Both the position numbers and the translations under genes were made by a program. From assembly GCA_038893995.1 (NCBI GenBank), contig JAWAQK010000017.1, forward strand, positions 1 through 40,943: a DNA stretch of 40,943 bases. Direction: 5' to 3'. Numbering within the stretch: position 1 is the stretch's first letter; every line of letters starts with the position of its first letter. This document shows, piece after piece, positions 1 to 8,559 of this stretch. The DNA comes from Candidatus Thorarchaeota archaeon (GTDB taxonomy: Archaea; Asgardarchaeota; Thorarchaeia; Thorarchaeales; Thorarchaeaceae). Under the pieces are notes generated by a model. That model ran no database searches. It was not told the DNA's origin and worked only from the letters and a program-made list of their open reading frames with translations.

Positions 1-2
1 CG

Positions 3-98
3 ATCAGTATCGACAGAGTCTACTGGTACTTCCCGTACTATACAGGACTCTTCGGGATGGTGATGACACTGAGTTTCATGATTCGGCTTGTCCTGTAG
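3..98 (+). CDS. 3' end of probable lycopene elongase/hydratase (LyeJ-like, UbiA prenyltransferase family), truncated by window edge
   Basis: Not in the ORF track. The frame from 3 reads ISIDRVYWYFPYYTGLFGMVMTLSFMIRLVL then TAG (96-98). This resembles the R-x-YW-x-FP C-terminus of haloarchaeal LyeJ and lies directly upstream of a cruF-like gene. Confidence 0.6.
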   Translation: MSIDRVYWYFPYYTGLFGMVMTLSFMIRLVL

Positions 99-136
99 TC
101 TCAGTGAGATGTGTACAGGGGTGGTCGAGATATAGG

Positions 137-928
137 ATGGCGTACCGAATACATGCGCTGACGCGGGATCGGTTGATACTCTACGTGCTGGCCGCGGCAC
201 TGTTCGCAGCCAGCTGGTTGGTTGCCAATGTCAATATCGGCGAGTTGGCGCCGCTGGCATCAGTGCTGTTTGTCATCGTCATGGCGGTTCCGGCCTACTA
301 CTACCTGTGTCGGTGGACTGGAGTGGGTCGAGGGCTCGGCATGATCGTGATACTCGGCGTGCTCCCTCTCGTAGTTGAGTCGATCGGCATCACGACAGGG
401 ATCCCTTATGGTGGATTCTACTACACTGACCGAATGGGCCCCAAGCTCCTCGGCCTCGTACCGTGGAGCGTCGCATTCGCCTATGGGCCATTGGTACTCG
501 GAAGCTTCACTGTGGCCGCACGAATGTCTGGCGACCCTCGGATTGCCATACCCCTGAGCTCACTCGTCCTCGTGGTGGTCGACCTGATACTGGACCCTGC
601 TGCCGTCGTGCTGAATATCTGGGTCTGGACTGAACCAGGGCCATACTACGGCATCCCACTCACCAATTACTCCGGCTGGTTCTTGACTGCACTCGTAACC
701 AATGCTCTTCTCTTTGTATTCCTCTCCGGAGGGGCCAGACAGGTGCCCTCAGTCGACGTCAGAGTGATGAGCAGCCTGACACTTGCGGTGTCATTCTGGA
801 CGGGCTACGCGATCTGGACACTCCTTCTCATCCCAGCCATCCTGGGGGTCCTGATGGTCGTACTGTTGCTCTCCGTACAGATGAGTCAGAATGTGTGTGA
901 CCGTGATAGAAATGGGCAGTACCCCTAG
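137..928 (+). CDS. cruF: Carotenoid hydratase, CruF family (bisanhydrobacterioruberin hydratase-like)
   Basis: Polytopic membrane protein with VESIGITTGIPYGGFYY, LGLVPW, DLILDPAAV, W-x-W and YYGIPLTNYSGW motifs. Start placed at ATG 137 (track start 104). Confidence 0.85.
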   Translation: MAYRIHALTRDRLILYVLAAALFAASWLVANVNIGELAPLASVLFVIVMAVPAYYYLCRWTGVGRGLGMIVILGVLPLVVESIGITTGIPYGGFYYTDRMGPKLLGLVPWSVAFAYGPLVLGSFTVAARMSGDPRIAIPLSSLVLVVVDLILDPAAVVLNIWVWTEPGPYYGIPLTNYSGWFLTALVTNALLFVFLSGGARQVPSVDVRVMSSLTLAVSFWTGYAIWTLLLIPAILGVLMVVLLLSVQMSQNVCDRDRNGQYP

Positions 929-1165
929 TCGGTCTGCCTGTGCTACCCCGACCGATGAACTCGAGAGTCAGTCAGTCCCGATGCCTCGCGCTAGCCATGG
1001 CCTCAGGATCAGTCCTGACAGAGGTTCAGTGAGTCAGAAGCTGACGCAGACGTGGTCATGGCAGATGAAACGATCTGCGTTCCTACGGTTTCGTCCAGTG
1101 GTTTGCCAGTGCACCACTTCGCCCTATCCAAAAGTACTACTGCTTACGTACCCTCTTCAGTCAGT

Positions 1166-1390
1166 ATGCGTAGGACTGAAAACGGCCTGTTTATGTGTGA
1201 GGAATGCGGCCTCCTCTATCGCGAGTCAAGATGGGCAGAGAGATGCGAGGAATGGTGCAAGAAGACCAGGTCCTGCAGTCTCGAGATCACACGGCACGCC
1301 GTAAGAGATGACTCTGAGCCTGGAACAGGACTCGCGTATACTGCTTCAATCGAGCATCGAAGTAACTTGTCTGAGGGTAGTGACCGCTGA
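1166..1390 (+). CDS. Small Cys-rich zinc-ribbon protein
   Basis: FMCEECGLLY...WAERCEEWC...SCSLEITRHAV pattern typical of small archaeal CxxC proteins. ATG 1166 is in frame within track ORF 1052..1390. Confidence 0.7.
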   Translation: MRRTENGLFMCEECGLLYRESRWAERCEEWCKKTRSCSLEITRHAVRDDSEPGTGLAYTASIEHRSNLSEGSDR

Positions 1391-1868
1391 CAGCTTCGCG
1401 CGGTCTACCACATTGTCGGGAGCCTTCAGCCCGACTGAGCTCGGAGCGTCGAAGAGTTCTATGAGTGAATGGGAGTACGCCTTGGCCCCAGTCCTCTGGA
1501 TCAACAGTCCCTCGACCAAGAACTCGACAGTCTGCTGCGCCAGAAAACACGCGGCATCGTGATGTCATCTCTGGGCTACCACGTTCGCCAAGTCAGCGTA
1601 TGTATCACTCTTCAACATTCAAACACTCTGCCTCGCCGTGTGGGAGAGTGAGACTACTCTATTTGTTGGAAGAGTCACCCATGCGTAGAGTCCTAGAGTG
1701 GAATGTCAGAGGCCTCAATCGTCGGGGGCTAGTCTCAGTCAGATGGGCTTATTCCGTCGTCAGAAGACCCGTATGCCACTGCCAGAGCCTGTCGTCGGCC
1801 ACTGATCCTACGGTAGCTCGGCCCCCTCATCCTCTCTCAGAGACTTCATAGTAGTTGCGTTTCAGGTC

Positions 1869-2135
1869 TCATTCCTCGGGCGAGAGTTCGGCCAGGTCCA
1901 TCTCCTCCCTCTCTGACAGCATGAAGTCTGACAGCAGTTGAGCTGCCTGCTCATAGTCTGAGAGTCCGTACTCCTCCTGAAGGAAGCGGAGGACCTCATC
2001 CACTGTCCACGGACCGAGAGAGGTCATGTAATCGGCAACCGATTCCTGAATGTCACGCCAGTTCCGGTAGTGTTTCTTCGTTATCAAAATACGACCACTA
2101 GACTGGTACACGATATGAACTCGCTGCTCGCCCAT
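1869..2135 (-). CDS. Hypothetical protein (88 aa)
   Basis: Protein-like acidic composition (WRDIQE..DYMTSLGPWT.DEVL.FL.EEY), ATG start with upstream GGTGG. Confidence 0.7.
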   Translation of the reverse strand: MGEQRVHIVYQSSGRILITKKHYRNWRDIQESVADYMTSLGPWTVDEVLRFLQEEYGLSDYEQAAQLLSDFMLSEREEMDLAELSPEE

Positions 2136-2499
2136 GACCAGCCACCCTGATACCCTTCAGCTCTCATGGTTCAAGGTCTGCCAGTTTCTTTAATGACTGA
2201 CCCTGTCTGAGACGCTCAGTCATAGTCCCGTCGGACCGTACGAATCTATGCCCTCCCTCCACTTATCTCTTCTTAGCCCAGTCACACCCAACCATTAGGC
2301 GGACAGTTTGGCCATGAGATCGAGTGACGCCGATGACTCTCCGAAGCGCGGAATTCATCCAGACCAATCTTACTAGACATTGTCAAGTCAGGTAAAGGCG
2401 CATCAGGTAAGAGACCTCAGGGTAGACTGCGGTAGGCATAGCGATTGTGGCCCAGACGGCAGGCATGGAAGGCCAGCAGCAGGCTACATCGCCCATTGA

Positions 2500-2507
2500 T
2501 TTATATC
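2500..2507 (+). promoter_or_regulatory. Putative archaeal TATA box for the receiver-gene pair
   Basis: TTTATATC in a GC-rich gap about 75 bp upstream of ATG 2582. Confidence 0.45.
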
Positions 2508-2581
2508 ACGCCGTGCGGATGTTAGGCACAACGGAGAGCTGAGAGTCGGAGAGCACTCCCGCGACTGACGAGGAAGGGTCG

Positions 2582-2944
2582 ATGGCCACCATCTTCATAG
2601 TGGATGATGAGGTAGTCCTTCACAAGCTGTACAGGGAAGTCTTCGCACTGAAGGGACATGTGGTGATCGACGACGCCTACGATGGCCTTGAGGCAATCGA
2701 GAAGTTCAAGAAGATGAATCCAAAGCCAGATGTCATCGTGATGGACCATAGAATGCCCAACAAGGACGGTTTTGCGGTGATGCAAGAGATATTGAAGATC
2801 GACCCAAATGCTAAGATAGTCTTCGTGAGTGCTGATGCAAGAGCGAGAGAACCGGCGCTCAAGTCTGGGGCGAAGAGTTTTGGGCTCAAACCCATACCCA
2901 TAAGACACATGCTGGAGCTCATAGACATCGCTCACGGAAGCTGA
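2582..2944 (+). CDS. Stand-alone response regulator receiver (CheY-like)
   Basis: IVDD acidic pocket, VIVMDHRMP phosphoacceptor Asp, VSA and KP all intact. Confidence 0.92.
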   Translation: MATIFIVDDEVVLHKLYREVFALKGHVVIDDAYDGLEAIEKFKKMNPKPDVIVMDHRMPNKDGFAVMQEILKIDPNAKIVFVSADARAREPALKSGAKSFGLKPIPIRHMLELIDIAHGS

Positions 2945-2967
2945 CTACCCGTACGAGATTCACTGTA

Positions 2968-3363
2968 TTGAGCGGATGTAGATTGGGCCACCTACTCCTC
3001 GGTCTGAAGGTCGTCATGGGAGGCTCCATGCCATTTCTCCGCACTCTGCTCAAGATGGCACTGGAGGATGAGGGGATAGAGGTAGTTGCAGACACTGACA
3101 ATGTTGACACGCTGCTCCTGTCCTGTACCAAGTTCAATCCGGACATAGTGGTAATTGATCTAGGTCTTGACGAGACACAGACTATCCGGCTGATAGAGTC
3201 CATACTCGATATCAATCCGCACATCGCAATCGTGACACTCACGCATGCTGGTGCCGGTTTTGGTGAGCGGGCCCTCTACGCTGGCTGCAGGGCCTACATC
3301 GAGAAGCCCTTCAGCACGCTGGACCTAATAACAACACTGACTAAGGTCGCACCACGTAGGTGA
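2968..3363 (+). CDS. Atypical stand-alone receiver domain
   Basis: PDIVVIDLGL, LT and YIEKPF retained, but the DD pocket is replaced by GG (VVMGGS). Start uncertain. Confidence 0.85.
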   Translation: MSGCRLGHLLLGLKVVMGGSMPFLRTLLKMALEDEGIEVVADTDNVDTLLLSCTKFNPDIVVIDLGLDETQTIRLIESILDINPHIAIVTLTHAGAGFGERALYAGCRAYIEKPFSTLDLITTLTKVAPRR

Positions 3364-3375
3364 GAACTGAGATGT

Positions 3376-4125
3376 CTAGCGGTCAGCAATCTTCGTCTCA
3401 GGGAATACCTGAACTCCGTCCGTCCCTATCTTGAAAAGGACTGGCTTCATGACGTGGCCTGTGCCCCTCATCTTGACGACCTGTAGCACCCTCACATATT
3501 CTCCCCCATACTGGGTCATGTCGAGACGTATGACACCGTCGGCCATAAAGTGGGGAAGGTCGTCACCCACGCCGCCAGATCTCATCTCGTGGGTCACGAT
3601 CACAGTCGTATCCCTCGAACGTACTTGTCTGAGGAAGCTGTAGACGGTCTGTCTCATCTCAAAGCGGTTGTCTGCCATCTCTAGCAGGGGCCCCAGTCCG
3701 TCAATGACTACCCGCCTTGCTCCTGTGCGAGTGATCGCGTCAACCAAGTAGGATGCGAGTCTCTCTACGCTGAGCGGCTTCTCTCTCTGGCCTGCCTCCT
3801 CAAACGAGATGACATACTCATACCCTCCCGGTGTTGCAACTACGGTTATGGCGCCCGAGAGGATCTTGATGGAACCTCGACGGTACTCCTCCTCAGGAAA
3901 ATTACGGAACGATCTCATGTCGGCAAGGATGCTCTCCGAGCTCTGGTCGAGCGACATCAATACACCCCTCTCACCATGATGCGAACCATCGAAGAGAAAC
4001 TGCCACGAGATGACGCTCTTCCCAGTCCCTGGTCCGCCTGAGATCACTACGGTCCTACCCGGAAGGTATCCTCCACCAAGAAGGAGATCGAGACCCTCTA
4101 TTCCACTACTGACCCTGCCGTTCAC
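3376..4125 (-). CDS. Single-domain KaiC/RAD55-family ATPase
   Basis: SSGIEGLDLLLGGG, Walker A GGPGTGKS, Walker B VVIDG, ADGVIRL, RVLQVVKMRG. Start placed at GTG 4125 (track start 4209). Confidence 0.9.
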   Translation of the reverse strand: MNGRVSSGIEGLDLLLGGGYLPGRTVVISGGPGTGKSVISWQFLFDGSHHGERGVLMSLDQSSESILADMRSFRNFPEEEYRRGSIKILSGAITVVATPGGYEYVISFEEAGQREKPLSVERLASYLVDAITRTGARRVVIDGLGPLLEMADNRFEMRQTVYSFLRQVRSRDTTVIVTHEMRSGGVGDDLPHFMADGVIRLDMTQYGGEYVRVLQVVKMRGTGHVMKPVLFKIGTDGVQVFPETKIADR

Positions 4126-4280
4126 GCAAGCCACCGCAATGGCAGATGAGTCGGGACCATTTAATCCTTTCAATGGACAGCAGGCACCCCGTCGGAAACG
4201 ACCAATCAAGATTCATAAGGGAAATCATCAGCAATCAATCTTGATAGAAGCGACTCTCGTATTCGTGCCTAGCAGAACTC

Positions 4281-5903
4281 GTGCTGCATCTAGAACACCG
4301 CGGAGGTCCATGGCTGTTGCCCCATCAACTCCCCCCCGAGTTTGAACCTTACGCTGCAATAGTACCTGAGTGGGAGCTCGACGAGATTGCCAGAGAGGTC
4401 CCATCGAGTGGGACAATTGCGCGATCGGATAACAGATTCAGAAGGTTCACAGATGCACTGATCAATCTCGTCACATCTGAGAACATCAAAAGAGCGTCTG
4501 ATGGCCTTCTGTCTCTGATATCACACGCCTGCTATCTGAGAGGCAGATATGATCTCAACCAGATCCTTGCAGGGGTCCGACCGGATGTGGTCTGTGAGAC
4601 ATATGCTGTCCTATCGAGGTCGCGACAGAGCATCGATCCGTCATTGCCCGATATCCTCAGGGGCCAGGTGGACCGGGTATGGGATGCACAGAGGTTGGTG
4701 GAGTACGCAGGGCTTCTGGGAGAGACCGCATCCGTCCTCATCGACATGGGTCATCTTGAAACTGCTGAACAGATGATCCACGACGGGATGGAGCGCCTGA
4801 TCTCTGCGCCAGCCGATCAGAGTCTGAGGGAGGCCATTCAGAAGGCACTGCTGAAGCCAAGGATCTTGCTGGCTCAGCTTGCTATTCTTGCCAGGAAGCG
4901 CGAGGAGGCCATAATGCGTCTTGATTCTGCCGAGGTCACAGCAGACCGTCTCGGGCACGAGCTTGCACTGTCTGACATCAGATTCCTCCGAGCACTGATA
5001 CTGCACGACGCGAGAGACGACCAGAAGGCCCTGAGCCTGGCCGATAGTGTATGCACTAGCTGCTCTAGCATGGGATATCTCCATGGACTATGCAATGCAA
5101 TGAACCTCAGGGGTCTCATCCACCTGACCCTTGGTGACCTTCAGGATGCGAAGGACGAGTTTGAGGAACTCCTGAATCTGTGCCATCTGCTCAACAATCA
5201 GCTGGCAATGGTCCGGACTCTGGTCAACATCGGTGAGGCCGAGCGACAGCTCAACAATATGGAGCTCATGGAGGACTACAACGAGCAGGCGCGCAAGATA
5301 GGTATGGAGTCAGGATATGTGAGAGGTGCAGCACTGGCCACGATGAACCTAGGGGATGCTGCTGCAGTCAGGGGTGATCTTCATCGGGCCATACAGCTCT
5401 ACGAGGAGGCCCGCGTGATGGCTGAGAGAGCTGGTCACAGAGGTATCGTGCTGATTTCGATGCTTCAGAGGTCCGACGTGAGCTATCTGTTGGGCTGGTT
5501 CGAAGAAGTGGCCCAAATAGCACGCGAAGTACGAAGTGTGGCTGAACGATATCGCAACCCCTTCTTTGTGTTCCTCACGGATGTAGATGAGGCACATGCC
5601 TCGTGGGCATTGGGTCGACGCCCTGATGGAAATGTTTTGAAACACCTGCGGGCTATCCTAGGGGCACCTCAAGACTGGTCTGATGAGAGTTGTCTGCTCC
5701 AGATGAGAGAGGCGAGGAGAAGGGCGTTCGAAGACAAGTCCATCGAGAGCACAGCATGCATCTTCTATGACCAGGAGATGAACTTCGTCTGTCGTGCTGA
5801 CAGGAGCACACTCCGTAAAGAATGCCTTGGCAACATTCTCTGGTCGGGGTCCCTGTGTCCCTACCTCAGTAGTTTCGTGGAACGGGTACATGCGGAAGAT
5901 TGA
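4281..5903 (+). CDS. Tetratricopeptide-repeat protein with Cys-rich C-terminus
   Basis: Helical repeats (AMNLRGLIHLTLGD, TLVNIGEAERQLNN, ATMNLGDAAAVRGD). Start uncertain. Confidence 0.8.
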   Translation: MLHLEHRGGPWLLPHQLPPEFEPYAAIVPEWELDEIAREVPSSGTIARSDNRFRRFTDALINLVTSENIKRASDGLLSLISHACYLRGRYDLNQILAGVRPDVVCETYAVLSRSRQSIDPSLPDILRGQVDRVWDAQRLVEYAGLLGETASVLIDMGHLETAEQMIHDGMERLISAPADQSLREAIQKALLKPRILLAQLAILARKREEAIMRLDSAEVTADRLGHELALSDIRFLRALILHDARDDQKALSLADSVCTSCSSMGYLHGLCNAMNLRGLIHLTLGDLQDAKDEFEELLNLCHLLNNQLAMVRTLVNIGEAERQLNNMELMEDYNEQARKIGMESGYVRGAALATMNLGDAAAVRGDLHRAIQLYEEARVMAERAGHRGIVLISMLQRSDVSYLLGWFEEVAQIAREVRSVAERYRNPFFVFLTDVDEAHASWALGRRPDGNVLKHLRAILGAPQDWSDESCLLQMREARRRAFEDKSIESTACIFYDQEMNFVCRADRSTLRKECLGNILWSGSLCPYLSSFVERVHAED

Positions 5904-5945
5904 TTGGTCATCGACCCACAGGATTTCCCAAGAAGGTCCTGCACT

Positions 5946-7310
5946 ATGAGCCTTGGCGTGATCCCGCCTGCCATCGTTAGAGCATTGGAGTCGGAGAGCG
6001 GTTGTGTGTGTCTGGTCGTTGGCCGACCCGGCACAGGCAAGTCCCTCCTGGTCATGGAGTTGTTCCGGAAGTTTCCTGATTCTGTCATAGTCGTACCTGC
6101 TCAGGATGGCCGCCTAATTGAGGTCGACTCGGGTCGGAGTGAGTCCAGTCAGACACGGGGAAGGATAGTGGCCTTCGGTACGCCCATTCAGCGCCAGACA
6201 CATGGCAGCAGTGCCATTGATTCACACAGTCTGGTTGACACCCTATGCGTGTCCAAGCACGACGCGATACTCGTCGATTCTTGGGATGTCATGTCGATCG
6301 CCATCGACCCTGAGGAGCGCATTGGTTTCCTGTCCGAACTCATACGCCGCGCCCGAGAGCAGAGAAAGCGTCTTGTGCTGACGGTCAGTAGTGTCTCTGA
6401 TGCCGAGATGCGACTTCTGTCACACTGGGCGGACCTTGTTGTGCGACTCCGCAGATCAAGGACCGAGGGCAGGGTCTACCGCAGTCTTATCATTGAGAAG
6501 AGTAGGGATATGCCCATCGAGCAGGACACGTTCCTCTTCACCCTTCACGGCGGGAGATTCACTCACATTCCGTGGTATGAACATGTGTATCCCCCGATTA
6601 CGATCGAGAGGACACCCATTCCTGACACTTCCGAATCGAGAGTATCGACAGGTAACAGGAGCCTTGACAGGCTAATCGGGGGTGGCATCAAGAGAAGCGG
6701 TCTCAATATCTTCGAATTGGATAGCCTTGCAGCCCCCTATGTGGAGACTGTCTACATTCCGCTGATATCAAACCATCTCCAGCTGGGGCGTCCCATCGTT
6801 GTTGTGCTGCCGGAGGGATGGTCATCCCGCCAATTCGTGGAGGGGCTCAGCCGCTTCGTAGACAGAGACCTCGTCAGAGACAGGTTGGTCCTCTTTGGGA
6901 GACAGTACGCCGGCAAGAGTGAGAACTACAGGATACTTGAGCCTGATCCTGCAAAGACACTCTATGAGATGCGCTATGAGGCTCACCAGTTAGAGAAGGT
7001 CCTCGGTGAGCCTGCTATGTTCGTGATGTTTCTGGATGCAATGGAAAACATGTATGGTGCCTCGGCCACCAATGCAGTGCTGGCGGAACTCACATCTCTA
7101 GTGCAGAACTCCCGACAGATAGCCGTTGCCGTGCTGAGCAAGCATCAGGATCTACGTGTCAACTCCATCCTTCATCACCTTCGCCTACAGGTGCGGGAGA
7201 TCTGCGGAGTTGTAAGTATATCCGGCGTCAGTCCTAGGACCGGCTTCCTGGCCCTCCGACCCCTGATCGCAGAGGGGTTCCTCGACTACGAGCTCATACC
7301 GCTTGTATGA
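5946..7310 (+). CDS. GvpD-like tandem KaiC/RecA-fold ATPase (second domain degenerate)
   Basis: N-domain GRPGTGKS, ILVDSWD, RSLIIEKSRD, FTLHGGRF. C-domain starts STGNRSLDRLIGGG but lacks Walker A. ATG 5946 preferred over track start 5904. Confidence 0.8.
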   Translation: MSLGVIPPAIVRALESESGCVCLVVGRPGTGKSLLVMELFRKFPDSVIVVPAQDGRLIEVDSGRSESSQTRGRIVAFGTPIQRQTHGSSAIDSHSLVDTLCVSKHDAILVDSWDVMSIAIDPEERIGFLSELIRRAREQRKRLVLTVSSVSDAEMRLLSHWADLVVRLRRSRTEGRVYRSLIIEKSRDMPIEQDTFLFTLHGGRFTHIPWYEHVYPPITIERTPIPDTSESRVSTGNRSLDRLIGGGIKRSGLNIFELDSLAAPYVETVYIPLISNHLQLGRPIVVVLPEGWSSRQFVEGLSRFVDRDLVRDRLVLFGRQYAGKSENYRILEPDPAKTLYEMRYEAHQLEKVLGEPAMFVMFLDAMENMYGASATNAVLAELTSLVQNSRQIAVAVLSKHQDLRVNSILHHLRLQVREICGVVSISGVSPRTGFLALRPLIAEGFLDYELIPLV

Positions 7311-7476
7311 GGAACCATCACAGCTTCTTTTATACAGGTAGTTACAGAATCTTTCAATGATGATGTCCTCCAACTGGACGTCGGCAACACAGGGATTCCA
7401 GGAGACAAGGATGTGAGATCGGTGAGGCCTGACCAGGTCATGACCTGGGAGGAGGGACTTACAAGGAGACCGACAA

Positions 7477-7863
7477 ATGACACAACGAAAGTACAAGATC
7501 CTAGTTGTGGACGACGAAGAGGTCACAACACAGCTGGCCCGCACCCTTCTCGAGCGTCATGGTTTCGAGGTGATCTGTTCGAACACCGGTCAGGAAGGTC
7601 TGGAACTGGCAAGGGTCGCCCACCCGGACCTGATACTCCTTGACGTGATGCTCCCCGACATTGACGGCTTCGAGGTATGCCGCAGGATCAAGAGCGACGA
7701 CTACACTGCAGATGTGCCAGTGCTGATGTTCACGGCAAGGAGTTTCCTCGATGATGTGGAACGGGGCCGTGAGGCTGGAGCCGATGAGTACATTGTGAAA
7801 CCCTTCTCTGGCAGAGACCTGGTGGCTACGATCCGCAGACATCTTGGACTCCCAGATGCCTAG
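7477..7863 (+). CDS. Stand-alone response regulator receiver
   Basis: ILVVDD, PDLILLDVMLP, FTA, YIVKPF all intact. Confidence 0.93.
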   Translation: MTQRKYKILVVDDEEVTTQLARTLLERHGFEVICSNTGQEGLELARVAHPDLILLDVMLPDIDGFEVCRRIKSDDYTADVPVLMFTARSFLDDVERGREAGADEYIVKPFSGRDLVATIRRHLGLPDA

Positions 7864-7879
7864 AGCGTGAGATGAGTAG

Positions 7880-8557
7880 TTGAATAAGCTAGAGGATGCA
7901 AGAGACAGGCTTCGAATAATTGAGGATCTGGTGTGTAGACCACCAGATGGTTACGTCTTTGTGATCCTGGCCTCACAGGACAGTAGGTATGACCTTTTCA
8001 TGCTCACGCTTCTGAGGACCGCACTGAGTATGGGGCTGAGCACACTCGACGTAATAACTGAGCCGAGAAACAGAGAGCTGATGAACGAACTCTGCAGCCT
8101 TCAGAGTGACCTGTTCAGCGTCATGGAGGTGACATACGGACAGGGCTCACTCAGCAGATACGTCTGTGCCCCCCAACTTCATGAGGTCAATATCACGCTC
8201 AGAGAGCTCCGGAACTCTTACAGACCCAGGGTCATACTCTTTGAGTCCCTTACCCCGCTGATAATCGACTTCTCTCCGAGGGATGTCGTGCGCTTCTTCA
8301 AGGAATCGGTCGAGGACTCTGTCAAGTCAGGCTCAAGGGAGTTCTATCTTGTTCACCAAGACTCGGCGGACAGTGTCACCATGAATCAGCTCTTCTCGCT
8401 CGCACATGGGCTCGTGACTCTCACTACTTCAAAGGGTAAGTACTATCTCGACGTCAAGAAGTCCATTGGTGTTGACCTCAAGTGCGACACGATCGAATAC
8501 GTGCCAGACACCTCGGGCGCGAGACGGACTGACTGGGGAATTCTACTGAACTGGTAG
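7880..8557 (+). CDS. Inactivated KaiC/RecA-like domain protein
   Basis: RVILFESLT (Walker B-like) and LFSLAHGLVTL...LDVKKSIG match the KaiC C-terminal pattern. No Walker A. Confidence 0.65.
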   Translation: MNKLEDARDRLRIIEDLVCRPPDGYVFVILASQDSRYDLFMLTLLRTALSMGLSTLDVITEPRNRELMNELCSLQSDLFSVMEVTYGQGSLSRYVCAPQLHEVNITLRELRNSYRPRVILFESLTPLIIDFSPRDVVRFFKESVEDSVKSGSREFYLVHQDSADSVTMNQLFSLAHGLVTLTTSKGKYYLDVKKSIGVDLKCDTIEYVPDTSGARRTDWGILLNW

Positions 8558-8559
8558 CC

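Noticed and set aside
1388-1440. Selenocysteine read-through of the TGA after the Cys-rich microprotein
   Set aside because: The TGA is not at a Cys-equivalent position and another TGA follows 16 codons later.
1391-1868. ORFs 1469..1651, 1465..1851 and 1308..1562
   Set aside because: Mutually overlapping, no motifs and no clear start signals.
5946-7310. Gas vesicle operon
   Set aside because: No GvpA/J/M-like or other gvp genes in the window.
2582-8557. Circadian clock (kaiABC) interpretation
   Set aside because: No KaiA- or KaiB-like gene, and the intact KaiC-like protein has a single domain.
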